The translations under genes and the position numbers were made by a program. A stretch of 64,000 nucleotides of DNA from an uncultured Gammaproteobacteria bacterium (lineage in GTDB: Bacteria > Cyanobacteriota > Vampirovibrionia > LMEP-6097): contig CAZELI010000001.1 of assembly GCA_964512985.1 (NCBI GenBank), forward strand, positions 106,720-170,719, read 5' to 3'. Position 1 is the stretch's first letter. Each line of letters starts with the position of its first letter. The notes below the pieces were generated by a model. The model was not told where the DNA came from. It ran no database searches and worked only from the letters and a program-made list of their open reading frames with translations. Below, one piece after another: positions 19,013 to 27,856 of the stretch.

Positions 19013-20224
19013 CTATGCCTTTTGAGTTGTAACCTTCTTACTAATACTCCCCGTCAACTCTTCAAGTCCAACTGCATCTAACGCAGACACCACTTGTGGA
19101 CTGAATCTTGCGTATTTATCTAGTAAACCAGCAATGTAGTTTTGTTTGTCATTCTCTGACCAAGGTTTCTCTTTTAGTAAATCTGCTTTATTAAACACAT
19201 AAATTTTAGGTGTGTCTTTCCCGTCTAGTAATTCATCTAGTATCTCTTCTACTACCCTGATCTTCATGTGGATATTCGGGTCATTGATATCAATCACATG
19301 TAGAATCAAGTCAGCGTCTACTATCTCTGCAAGTGTCGTCTTAAATGCTTTAATCAAATCAGGAGGTAAGTCTTGAATGAAACCGATAGTGTCAGCAATC
19401 ATCAGCTTACTACCCCAGCTGCCATCAGTGCTGGCTAAAAACAACTCTCCTACTTTAGAATCTAGTGTCGCAAACAACGCATCAGCAATATAAACATCCT
19501 TCTTCTTGGTAAGAGCTTTAATTAGAGTGCTTTTCCCAGCGTTAGTATATCCTGCAAGCGCCACGGTCTTCTGGTGACGTTCTCTACGAGTGTCGCGTTG
19601 ACGTTTTTGTATTTCTCCATAGGATTTGATCTTCTCTTCAACCAACTGCAAGCGCTTCTTTAAGTGACGCTTCATGATCTCAGTATTCGTTTCACCGATA
19701 CCTACTCCACCGATACCACCAGCTTGACGAGAGAGTTCTAGACCCATTCCAAATATTCTAGGACCCATATGTTTGATACTTGCTAGTTCGATTTGTAACT
19801 TAGCTTCAGCGGTAGTTGCATGCTTATCAAAGATCTTAAGTATCAAATCCACTCTATCCCAGACTTTGATCTTCTTAGGAGTGCCTACTCTACCAAGTTC
19901 CTTGAGACGTTCTATCTCTAATTCAGTGAGATATTCTTCTAAGTTATAGATTTGTTTGGGCTTAAGTATATTATTCAGAATAACGAGGTCTACATTCTCT
20001 CCGCCGCCAGCTTCCTTAAACAATACTTCCACCTTGCCGCGACCTACATAGGTGTTATAGTCAGGCTTAGAGCGTTTCTGGTAAGTCTTAAGTATACTTA
20101 CACCACCATAGGTTTTAACTAAACTATCCAACTCTTCTAGTCTTAAATTATATTCAGCTGGATCGGTGCCCAGATCTACTATATCTATTAATATGGCACG
20201 TTCTTTAGTAACAAGATTAGTCAT
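19013..20224 (-). CDS. hflX: GTPase HflX
   Basis: HflX N-domain and G-domain GYTNAGKSTL. Confidence 0.9.
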   Translation of the reverse strand: MTNLVTKERAILIDIVDLGTDPAEYNLRLEELDSLVKTYGGVSILKTYQKRSKPDYNTYVGRGKVEVLFKEAGGGENVDLVILNNILKPKQIYNLEEYLTELEIERLKELGRVGTPKKIKVWDRVDLILKIFDKHATTAEAKLQIELASIKHMGPRIFGMGLELSRQAGGIGGVGIGETNTEIMKRHLKKRLQLVEEKIKSYGEIQKRQRDTRRERHQKTVALAGYTNAGKSTLIKALTKKKDVYIADALFATLDSKVGELFLASTDGSWGSKLMIADTIGFIQDLPPDLIKAFKTTLAEIVDADLILHVIDINDPNIHMKIRVVEEILDELLDGKDTPKIYVFNKADLLKEKPWSENDKQNYIAGLLDKYARFSPQVVSALDAVGLEELTGSISKKVTTQKA

Positions 20225-21525
20225 GCTGCTTGCATTCCGTGCATTTGTTTACTAACTTCTAGAATGCGTTTGGCAACTTCTTCTAACTTAGCTTCTGGTA
20301 AACCACAAGTAGGAATGCGTAAAAATTGCCCTGAGATAAGCGGAGCATATAATCTATTCTCTAGTAATTTCTTGTAAAATACCTCTGCAAAAGTAGAGTT
20401 TTGATATTTATGATTATCAATCATTAGCGATATAAAGAATCCACTATCTGGTCTTATGAGTCTGTATTGCTCTTCTAGTTTACCTTTCATTGATTCTATA
20501 AAGTAATCGCGGCGTTTATTCATTAATTTAGAAGTCTCTTTCTGAAACTCATGAATATTAGCAAGTTTATTTTTATCTTCAAGTATATTAATAGCGATTT
20601 CTTGTCCAATTCTTGAAGCATTACTAAAAGTACCTCTAACGCAGCCACCAGCTATGTCTTTCCAAGAACGCGCAGCTTCCTCATCTGTAGTTAATAGTGT
20701 CGCTGAACCGATTCTAGCCCCATACATCGCAAAGCTCTTAGACACTGTACCTGCGATAATGAGTTTGAATTTAGGGCTGTCAATTTTTTTGAATAAATTA
20801 GGGACGAAACTTAGTCTGCAATAATCCTTACCGTCTGGTCCAAAATCTAGATATGCAGTATCAAGGATAATAATTATCTCTCTATCGTTATACTTGGATA
20901 ATATTTCACCGATCTCATTCCAAGCATTCACGCCAAAGTCCTTGCCTAGAGGATTATCAAATGGTGTATTCATCACTAGGATAATGCGAGCATCTGATTT
21001 AAATGCAATCAAGTTCTTAATAGTAGTTTCAAAAGCAACTAAATTAAAATTATCCTCAGCATCTAAAATATCAAAATTAATTAGTGGTTTACGTTTGATC
21101 GCAAGCGTAATACTGTCGTAACCCGCCCAATGTGGGCTATGAGTGATGATTTGATCATTCTCGCTAGTACATGCTAGTAATGCAGTCGCGATAGCGTTAG
21201 TTCCGCCAGAGGTAACTATCTCAGAACGGTATACACCTTGATCGAAAAGTGCTTTGCAAATGTTTTTACCAAGAAACTCTTCACTAAGTTTCTCTGCAAG
21301 TCCAGAGATGCCAGGGCTAGGAGCATATTCAAAATTAATACTGAGCGAAGAAAGTTCTCTTGCAGTTTCTAATACCGCTTCTGGAACTATAACTTTACCT
21401 TTATCATCAGCAGCCGAACCAATAATAGCCGTCAATTTATCAGGAGATGTATCTTTAGATGCCATCTGGATCAGCCCCATAATTGGGTCTTTGCTTACTC
21501 TAGCTTCGGTTTCGTAAAATGCCAT
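20221..21525 (-). CDS. class I/II pyridoxal-phosphate aminotransferase
   Basis: SKSFAMYGARIG lysine motif. Confidence 0.8.
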   Translation of the reverse strand: MAFYETEARVSKDPIMGLIQMASKDTSPDKLTAIIGSAADDKGKVIVPEAVLETARELSSLSINFEYAPSPGISGLAEKLSEEFLGKNICKALFDQGVYRSEIVTSGGTNAIATALLACTSENDQIITHSPHWAGYDSITLAIKRKPLINFDILDAEDNFNLVAFETTIKNLIAFKSDARIILVMNTPFDNPLGKDFGVNAWNEIGEILSKYNDREIIIILDTAYLDFGPDGKDYCRLSFVPNLFKKIDSPKFKLIIAGTVSKSFAMYGARIGSATLLTTDEEAARSWKDIAGGCVRGTFSNASRIGQEIAINILEDKNKLANIHEFQKETSKLMNKRRDYFIESMKGKLEEQYRLIRPDSGFFISLMIDNHKYQNSTFAEVFYKKLLENRLYAPLISGQFLRIPTCGLPEAKLEEVAKRILEVSKQMHGMQAA

Positions 21526-21550
21526 AACTAAGCTAGTTTAGCATAATTCA

Positions 21551-21588
21551 CGTCATCGCGAGGAGCGCGAAGCGCGACGTGGCGATCC
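21551..21588. repeat. family B copy 3
   Basis: cgtcatcgcgaggag-cgcgaagcgcg-acgtggcgatcc. Confidence 0.7.
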
Positions 21589-21614
21589 CATAAATATTGT
21601 AAAATCTACATGTA

Positions 21615-22268
21615 ATGGAAACTTTATTAAAAAAAATCAAAGACCTATATTATTACTCAAGCTTAAGTGTGTTTGCACAATGGTTCTCGAATATATTTTT
21701 TGTAAATCCATACTTTCATATTATTAAACGAACTACTATTGAACAGATCGGTAAGCCGCTTGATCCTAAACAAAACTATATTTTTGTTTCTAATCACCGC
21801 TCCTATGATGACCCTCCTCTCTTAGGACATTCAGTACGGTATCCAGTGGCTTTTATTGCCAAGAAGGAATTATTCTCCAACCCTTTTCTACGTTTATTTA
21901 TGATCCTTACCAGTACGATTTCTATTGATAGAGAGAATGCAGAATCACAAACTTTTAAATCTGCTAAGAAAGCTTTGCAAACATATGGAGTTTTTAAGGC
22001 ATGGGGTGTCGGAGTGTTTATTGAAGGAACTCGCTCTTTGCATCCAGATATGCTCGGCAAACCTAATAAGGGACCGATATTCTTGGCAAGGTTAGCCAAA
22101 GTACCCTTAGTACCGATTGGTATAACTTATAAAAATGATAAAGAGATAGTGGTTAAGATTGGTGAGCCTTATGAGATAGATTATAAAGGTGATCTTATGG
22201 ATCAAGCCTGGGACTGCTTAGAGAAGATATCTAAACTTTGTGATTATAAGGTGCCCGAAAGAAAATAA
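21615..22268 (+). CDS. plsC: 1-acyl-sn-glycerol-3-phosphate acyltransferase
   Basis: NHRSYDD (HX4D) and FIEGTRS motifs. Confidence 0.85.
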   Translation: METLLKKIKDLYYYSSLSVFAQWFSNIFFVNPYFHIIKRTTIEQIGKPLDPKQNYIFVSNHRSYDDPPLLGHSVRYPVAFIAKKELFSNPFLRLFMILTSTISIDRENAESQTFKSAKKALQTYGVFKAWGVGVFIEGTRSLHPDMLGKPNKGPIFLARLAKVPLVPIGITYKNDKEIVVKIGEPYEIDYKGDLMDQAWDCLEKISKLCDYKVPERK

Positions 22269-22274
22269 TATTGG

Positions 22275-23027
22275 TTAATTAAACAACATTGTCATAGCAT
22301 CATAGCGGCGTGAAACTAAGTCCCAGTCAATGATTCCTGAAAATACTTCTATATATTTAGCTTTACCTTCAGCGCCAAAGTCAATTACATAAGCATGTTC
22401 ATAAACATCTAATGCAAGTATCGGCATCACGAAATTAGGAAAGTTTGCACTGTGATCTTCTAGTCCGTAGTTTAGTAATTTACCATTAAGTAAGTTAAGA
22501 GCAGTCACTGACCAGCCTTTCATTTGGCTAGCGATCTGGGTGAGGTTAGTAAAGTAAGTATCAAAACTACCATAGCTTGTCTCTATAGCTTTGTTGAGAG
22601 CTGCTGAACGTTTAGTAGTAGCTGTGCTCATATTAGAGAAATAAATATCATGAAGCGCCATACCATTAAGCGCAAAAGCTAGGTTCTTAAGTGAGGTCTC
22701 ATTAATATTATTAGCACGCATTTCTGCTTCTGCGGTGTTTACTTTATTGATATAACCTTCGTAAAGACCTAGGTGTGCTTGAATATTCTCTGCACTAAGT
22801 CCAAGCTTGTCGTTTTTAGTTAAAGCTGTGAAATCTTTCTTAGTATATTTGGTACCGTCGTAGACTGGAAATAAACTAGCATCATTACCGTGAGATAAGC
22901 TTACTGCCTTGGCTTTAACCGCCGGCGCACATGCTGTCAGACCCGTAAGCCCTATCGCTGCTGCTGTCACTCCTAATCCTGCTAGAAATGTTCTACGATC
23001 GATTCCCTTGTTAGTCTTTGTTTCCAT
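22275..23027 (-). CDS. Fe/Mn superoxide dismutase with twin-arginine signal peptide
   Basis: RRTFLAGLGVTAAA Tat motif and DVYEHAYVIDFG metal-ligand region. Confidence 0.85.
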   Translation of the reverse strand: METKTNKGIDRRTFLAGLGVTAAAIGLTGLTACAPAVKAKAVSLSHGNDASLFPVYDGTKYTKKDFTALTKNDKLGLSAENIQAHLGLYEGYINKVNTAEAEMRANNINETSLKNLAFALNGMALHDIYFSNMSTATTKRSAALNKAIETSYGSFDTYFTNLTQIASQMKGWSVTALNLLNGKLLNYGLEDHSANFPNFVMPILALDVYEHAYVIDFGAEGKAKYIEVFSGIIDWDLVSRRYDAMTMLFN

Positions 23028-23075
23028 GAGACTAATTATAACTCATGTCGAAATGTCTATTAGGTGAACAAATAC

Positions 23076-23117
23076 CCGTCAGCCGTCATCGCGAGGAGCG
23101 AAGCGACGTGGCGATCC
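23076..23117. repeat. family B copy 4
   Basis: ccgtcagccgtcatcgcgaggagcgaagcgacgtggcgatcc. Confidence 0.7.
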
Positions 23118-23139
23118 AGTATTGAATTTGTTAGTAAAA

Positions 23140-24306
23140 TTAAGCTGCTACTTGATATTGAGGAGTAGTTACTACTGGTGCTTGTGCTTGAAGTGGCTGA
23201 GCAATAGTTTGTGCGGTGTTATTAAAACCAGCAACATTGTTGTGATGTAATAATTGTTCTTGTGAATGGTTTATTACTCTAAGGCATCTTTCGCAATCTG
23301 CTGCTAGCTGAGGTACTTGTTTAGATGTAGCTTGAATTATTTCTACTAATTTAGTTAGATTTGTAAGTTTTGCTGCAACAGAAGGACTATCAAAATATCT
23401 AGAAAGTTTAGCGCCTCTTGATATTCCTTCTATGGCCTGTGCAGGATTATTAGCTAAAGCTAAGCCTATAGCCTTGAATGCGAGTTGAGTAATTTCAGGA
23501 TTTTTAGTACTCCCAAAATTATTTATTAAAGATGCAACAGCACTACTCGCTACTGCTCTTGGGCTATGTTGTACAAATTGCGGGAGAGCGTTATCTATTT
23601 TCTTTATGATTGCATCGCTTGCTTGAACTCTTTCAGTTATGCTTAGATTTCGGGTACCATACATAGGTTCATTATCAATGCTACGAAGTACTTCACGTAT
23701 ACCACGTTGAGCAGCTCGACTTGTCATTGATGCAAATGATTGCTCTGGACTTGGATTTAAATTAGCTTCTGTTGATTGAGCTGCTAGTGGATTTAGAGCT
23801 AAATCGATTAAAGATTGAAGAGCGATATCAGATGTAGCTATAGCTGTAGAGCTAGTGCGATTTTGTATTATTTGGGTAAGCTCGGGTTCAATTAAATTTC
23901 TTAATTTGTCACCAAGCTCTGCTCTTTGAGCCGGATTAGTAATTGACATTAAAACTTGTGGAGCAAAAATATCAGTAATTTTAGTGAGAGAAGGAATTAT
24001 ATTTGCTGGTATGCCAAGACCCTCAATTTTTGCAGCTAAGCCTCTAATAATCATTTTTTCTGGACTTTCCGTAATTGCTGGAGTTTGTGGTTGATCAAAA
24101 CTTGTTGTAGCTGAGTAGTTAGTTGCTACAGGAGTAGTAGATGTAGCATTATTATTCGGAGCAGCTAGGGCAGTTGCAATATTAGGATAAGTAGCATTTG
24201 TATTTGCTATTGGTCCAGCTGGTATTTGTGGAGCATGTGGTGGAAAATTAAGTGTAGGTCTTTCTGTGCCTGTTACTTGTGCTAATGCCGCTTGTAATTG
24301 TTCCAT
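23140..24306 (-). CDS. low-complexity Q/A/T/N-rich protein (388 aa), no signal peptide
   Basis: Compositionally biased. Its N-terminus MEQLQAALAQV is paralogous to the next ORF. Confidence 0.5.
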   Translation of the reverse strand: MEQLQAALAQVTGTERPTLNFPPHAPQIPAGPIANTNATYPNIATALAAPNNNATSTTPVATNYSATTSFDQPQTPAITESPEKMIIRGLAAKIEGLGIPANIIPSLTKITDIFAPQVLMSITNPAQRAELGDKLRNLIEPELTQIIQNRTSSTAIATSDIALQSLIDLALNPLAAQSTEANLNPSPEQSFASMTSRAAQRGIREVLRSIDNEPMYGTRNLSITERVQASDAIIKKIDNALPQFVQHSPRAVASSAVASLINNFGSTKNPEITQLAFKAIGLALANNPAQAIEGISRGAKLSRYFDSPSVAAKLTNLTKLVEIIQATSKQVPQLAADCERCLRVINHSQEQLLHHNNVAGFNNTAQTIAQPLQAQAPVVTTPQYQVAA

Positions 24307-24379
24307 CTTCTTTTCTTCCTCTTTATATTAATTATACGAAACCATGATTCTAAATGTCAAGCTATATCAAAGAAAGATT

Positions 24380-25093
24380 CTAAGCCGCTGTAGTTTTAGC
24401 TGGAGTTAACATTTGCATCAGCGCAGCCATTGGATCTTGTGCTGCTGCTTGAGGAGCCGCTTGTGGAGTTAATGTATTGTTTGCTGTATTAGCGTTGGTT
24501 ATTGCTGGGACTTGATTGTTTGGAATAGTAGTAGTCATGCTACCAGCAGTAGGATTCATAGGATCATAAGTAGCAGTTGTTGGATTAGCTTGAGCTTGTG
24601 GAGCTGTAGTTTCTGGAGTTGTTAGCATTTGCATTAATTGTGTCATCATTGCTTGATCCTCTGCACTTGTTTGAGGATTGGTTGCTTGAGCTACTGGAGC
24701 TGCCTGTGTTGGCGCTTGTACTGGAGTTTGCACTATTGCTGGAGCTGGTAAGAATTTCGCAATAAAATTCATAATTTGTGTAACTGTGTCTTGAGGGAAA
24801 ATTGTACTGAGTAATTTCCCAACTTGTTCTAATACTGGTCCATGTGCCAGTACTGGAGCTGGTTGTGCTACTACTGTTGGCGTAGGTTCTGCTATTGGAA
24901 CAGGGGTTTGTATTGGTGATGGTGTTGCTAATCCAGTAGCTGAAGTTCTGCTTTGGTCATGAAAAGCAGTAGCATTTGCTGTACTTTGGTCTGTAGTAGC
25001 CGTTGTAGTCTGTGGTGCTGGCCCTACCCCTACTCCTACTCCTGATGCTGGCAATATACCTACTGCTTGCCCAAGTTGTTTCAATAATTCCAT
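24380..25093 (-). CDS. low-complexity P/A/T/Q-rich protein (237 aa), paralogous N-terminus
   Basis: N-terminus MELLKQLGQAV, and an internal duplicated motif AMMTQLMQMLTTPETTAPQ / MAALMQMLTPAKTTAA. Confidence 0.5.
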   Translation of the reverse strand: MELLKQLGQAVGILPASGVGVGVGPAPQTTTATTDQSTANATAFHDQSRTSATGLATPSPIQTPVPIAEPTPTVVAQPAPVLAHGPVLEQVGKLLSTIFPQDTVTQIMNFIAKFLPAPAIVQTPVQAPTQAAPVAQATNPQTSAEDQAMMTQLMQMLTTPETTAPQAQANPTTATYDPMNPTAGSMTTTIPNNQVPAITNANTANNTLTPQAAPQAAAQDPMAALMQMLTPAKTTAA

Positions 25094-25138
25094 ATAATAA
25101 ACCTCACCTATAACAATACCACATTACATATTTATATG

Positions 25139-26467
25139 TCAAGCTCTATTTGAATTTTTAGAAAACCAAGCCACTAATGTCCCTTTTAAGCGTTTCCCCC
25201 CCGTTAAATGTTTGTCACTGGATGTAGCAAGCATCTCGGCAGTACGCATATCGTAGGCATAACGATCATTATCTGGATTTGAGTTGTGGCGATATTGTGC
25301 CAGATAATATTTGCAGGTTTTAACGGAAATATTATTGTCGGTGGATAGTCCAAAACCTCTACATATTAAAGGTCTAGCTTGATAGATAGAACACTTGCCG
25401 CCTTCAAGAAATGGACAAGAGAATTTATAATCATGAGGATTTTCGGAGCCACGAAAATTATTTTCGGGTAATTCTTTATCTAGCACTTCTAATCGTGTAC
25501 CGTATTTTTTTTCGTAGTCTTGTTGAATTAATTCAGCGCGCTGATGAATTTTCTCTATAGGATAATTATTTTCTGCAAGCCACTTCTCTAGAAATTTAAA
25601 CTCAGTAAATGTCATAGTCGGGAAAGTATTAGAACAACAATCGCTACACTGGAAATAATCGCAAGTCATAGTATATAGTCCAGCTTTGCGTTCTACTTCT
25701 CGCTGGATGGCATCGGTTTCAGCAAGAATCTTATCCCAATTATTTAGCACCTGATCTGGTGGATAGAAGCTGCTGTTAGCTTGTGATCGAATATGAGCAG
25801 CTGGTTCTATTGGTCTATAAACATCTCTATACTTCAGTAGAGCTGCTTCGGCTTGGGCAGAGTCGCCTATGGTTCTATAGAAGAAGGTTCTAAGGTAAGC
25901 TTGCTCTAATTCGTTCTCTTGATTTAGCTCATCGTTCTCAGTTATTACTAGAGGCTGATTTAATTCTTCTTCTAGTCTTTTATATTCGTTTTCAATCTTG
26001 TTTTCTAGAATATATTTCCCGTAATAAAAAACTATTTCTGCTAATGCTGGCTTGAGAGCCCAGAGGCTCGCAGGTAAAGACAAGCCACTAATGTTTTTAG
26101 ATATGACATCATATAAGTCAACGATATGTGCGGAGATATTTTTAGAGATTTTTTTCCTGATATTTAATTCTTGTGAATGAAAGGGAAATATATCTTGGCT
26201 TGTAATGGCTTTAGCCATTACAAGTAGATTTAAGATCTTGACAGCTTTGATTTGATAACTAGCTACCAAACTAGGATCTTGGGTGAGTAAGTTCTCCAGG
26301 ACATCGTTACGTCCTAATAAAAATAGTCCTAGGATTTTTAAATAATTTTCTGGATAATTTGGGTTCTTGTTTCGCTCTGCGTAATCTTTTAATTTTTGAT
26401 TGAACTCATTTTTATCAAATGAATTTAAGCCAGATTCTCTTGGATTGATAGAGTCGAGGGATCGCAC
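25139..26467 (-). CDS. YkgJ/UPF0153-family (FliB-like) putative Fe/Zn-chelating domain protein with helical N-domain
   Basis: CDYFQCSDCCSN ... CPFLEGGKCSIYQARPLICRGFG. Confidence 0.6.
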   Translation of the reverse strand: MRSLDSINPRESGLNSFDKNEFNQKLKDYAERNKNPNYPENYLKILGLFLLGRNDVLENLLTQDPSLVASYQIKAVKILNLLVMAKAITSQDIFPFHSQELNIRKKISKNISAHIVDLYDVISKNISGLSLPASLWALKPALAEIVFYYGKYILENKIENEYKRLEEELNQPLVITENDELNQENELEQAYLRTFFYRTIGDSAQAEAALLKYRDVYRPIEPAAHIRSQANSSFYPPDQVLNNWDKILAETDAIQREVERKAGLYTMTCDYFQCSDCCSNTFPTMTFTEFKFLEKWLAENNYPIEKIHQRAELIQQDYEKKYGTRLEVLDKELPENNFRGSENPHDYKFSCPFLEGGKCSIYQARPLICRGFGLSTDNNISVKTCKYYLAQYRHNSNPDNDRYAYDMRTAEMLATSSDKHLTGGKRLKGTLVAWFSKNSNRA

Positions 26468-26561
26468 TTCATAAATAATATATTAAATCATTTTGTTTTG
26501 GGCCATTACTTAGTGGTTTGGCCTTGGCCCATATCCAAATATAAGCTAAAATTAATCCGTT

Positions 26562-27644
26562 ATGTCAGCCCACTCCGTCTGTACAGTTTGCGGAGTCAAA
26601 CTTACAGCTAAAAATAAAATCTCGTACCGCCCTAACTCATGTAGAGATTGTGAGTTGGAACGTAAACGTCTCTATTCATTAAAGCGTAAAGAAGATAATC
26701 AGAAGCGCTCTAAGTCCACTTCTAAATCAGTAGCATCTAAGAAAGCTAAAAAAACTAGTGTTAAGGCTAAACCTAAGAAAGCACTTGTTAAGTCTAAGAA
26801 AGCACCCGCTAAAAAAATCCTAAGCAAAACCAGGGCTAAAGATCAACAGAAAAGAGAGCGCGAACGTGAGAAGTTGCGTTTACAGAAAGAAAGAGAACGC
26901 GAGAAGCTTCTTAAGCAACGTGAGCGTGAAAGACTTCAGAAAGAACGTGAAAGAGAACGTATTCTTAAGCAACGCGAACGTGAAAAATTACAAAGAGAGA
27001 AGGAGCATCAGCGTGAGCTCCAAAGACGTGAGCGTGAAAAAGAACAGCTTAAGAAAGATCGTGAGCGTGAGAAATTATTTAAGCTTAAAGAGAAGCAGAG
27101 ACTTAAGGAAGAACTTAAGAAAGATCGTGAACAGAAGCGTTTAGAGCGTGAAAACGAAAAAGAGCAGAAACGTTTAGAGCGTGAAAGAGAAAAAGAACAA
27201 AAGAGATTTGAGAAAGAAGAAGCTAAACGTATAGCTGATGAAGACAAGAAAGAAAAAGCCAGAAGGAAAAAGCTTCTGGATATGAACATTATTACGGATG
27301 TACCTGATTATGCTCTTGCTGCTACTTCTAGTAAAGTTAAAACTAGAAGATTTGGTAAGAAGATAAGTAATAAAGCTCAGATCGTTGAAGCTGATAAGAC
27401 AGCTTTGGAAGATGCTAAAGCTTCTAAACTTGTTGTTCCTTTTAACCCTCGAGATGGTGTGACTGGTGAAATACTCAGAGCGCCTTCTGATACTCCTTGG
27501 GAAGGATCTAATTTTAAAATCGTTGGTGGTACCTTTGTGAATCATACAGACAATGATGTCGAAGAGAGCAGAGGTCCTACCGAAGATGAAGTTAAAGCTA
27601 TTATTGAACGCATTAGACTAGAACATAAAACACGTAAAGAATAA
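26562..27644 (+). CDS. zinc-ribbon / Lys-rich / ER-K single-alpha-helix repeat protein
   Basis: CTVCG...CRDCE ribbon, then an H1-like KAKKTSVKAKPKK tail, then ~150 aa of RERERE-K-L-Q repeats, then a globular C-terminal domain. Confidence 0.6.
   Translation: MSAHSVCTVCGVKLTAKNKISYRPNSCRDCELERKRLYSLKRKEDNQKRSKSTSKSVASKKAKKTSVKAKPKKALVKSKKAPAKKILSKTRAKDQQKREREREKLRLQKEREREKLLKQRERERLQKERERERILKQREREKLQREKEHQRELQRREREKEQLKKDREREKLFKLKEKQRLKEELKKDREQKRLERENEKEQKRLEREREKEQKRFEKEEAKRIADEDKKEKARRKKLLDMNIITDVPDYALAATSSKVKTRRFGKKISNKAQIVEADKTALEDAKASKLVVPFNPRDGVTGEILRAPSDTPWEGSNFKIVGGTFVNHTDNDVEESRGPTEDEVKAIIERIRLEHKTRKE
26850..27260 (+). repeat. imperfect in-frame tandem repeats encoding the ER/K helix
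   Basis: Reiterated cgtgagcgtgaaa / cttaagcaacg units inside the CDS. Confidence 0.6.
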
Positions 27645-27705
27645 TACAATTTTTTTATTTATTATTTCTAATTTTCATTTTATGTCGTGTTAGGGCTTTT
27701 TTATT

Positions 27706-27743
27706 CAGCCGCGCGCAGCGCAACCGCCGTGCAGCGGCGGAAC
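27706..27743. repeat. family C copy 2 (reverse orientation)
   Basis: cagccgcgcgcagcgcaaccgccgtgcagcggcggaac. Confidence 0.6.
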
Positions 27744-27780
27744 CCACCTTCTCATCCCGAATAGGGATTTTAAATAAAAA
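27735..27780 (+). terminator. family D hairpin + T-run (terminator-like), copy 1
   Basis: gcggaacccacctt-ctcatcccgaatagggatttta-aataaaaa. Confidence 0.4.
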
Positions 27781-27856
27781 TAGATGACTTCTGGATAAGT
27801 TAAGGGTTGGGAACTAAGGTATGACCTAGGCGTCATTCTTGTCGTAAGGCCTTATT

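Noticed and set aside
26850-27260. Possible CRISPR-like or tandem-repeat array
   Set aside because: The periodicity comes from codon-level RERERE-K repeats in a continuous ORF. There is no spacer/repeat alternation and no cas genes. No CRISPR is present in the window.
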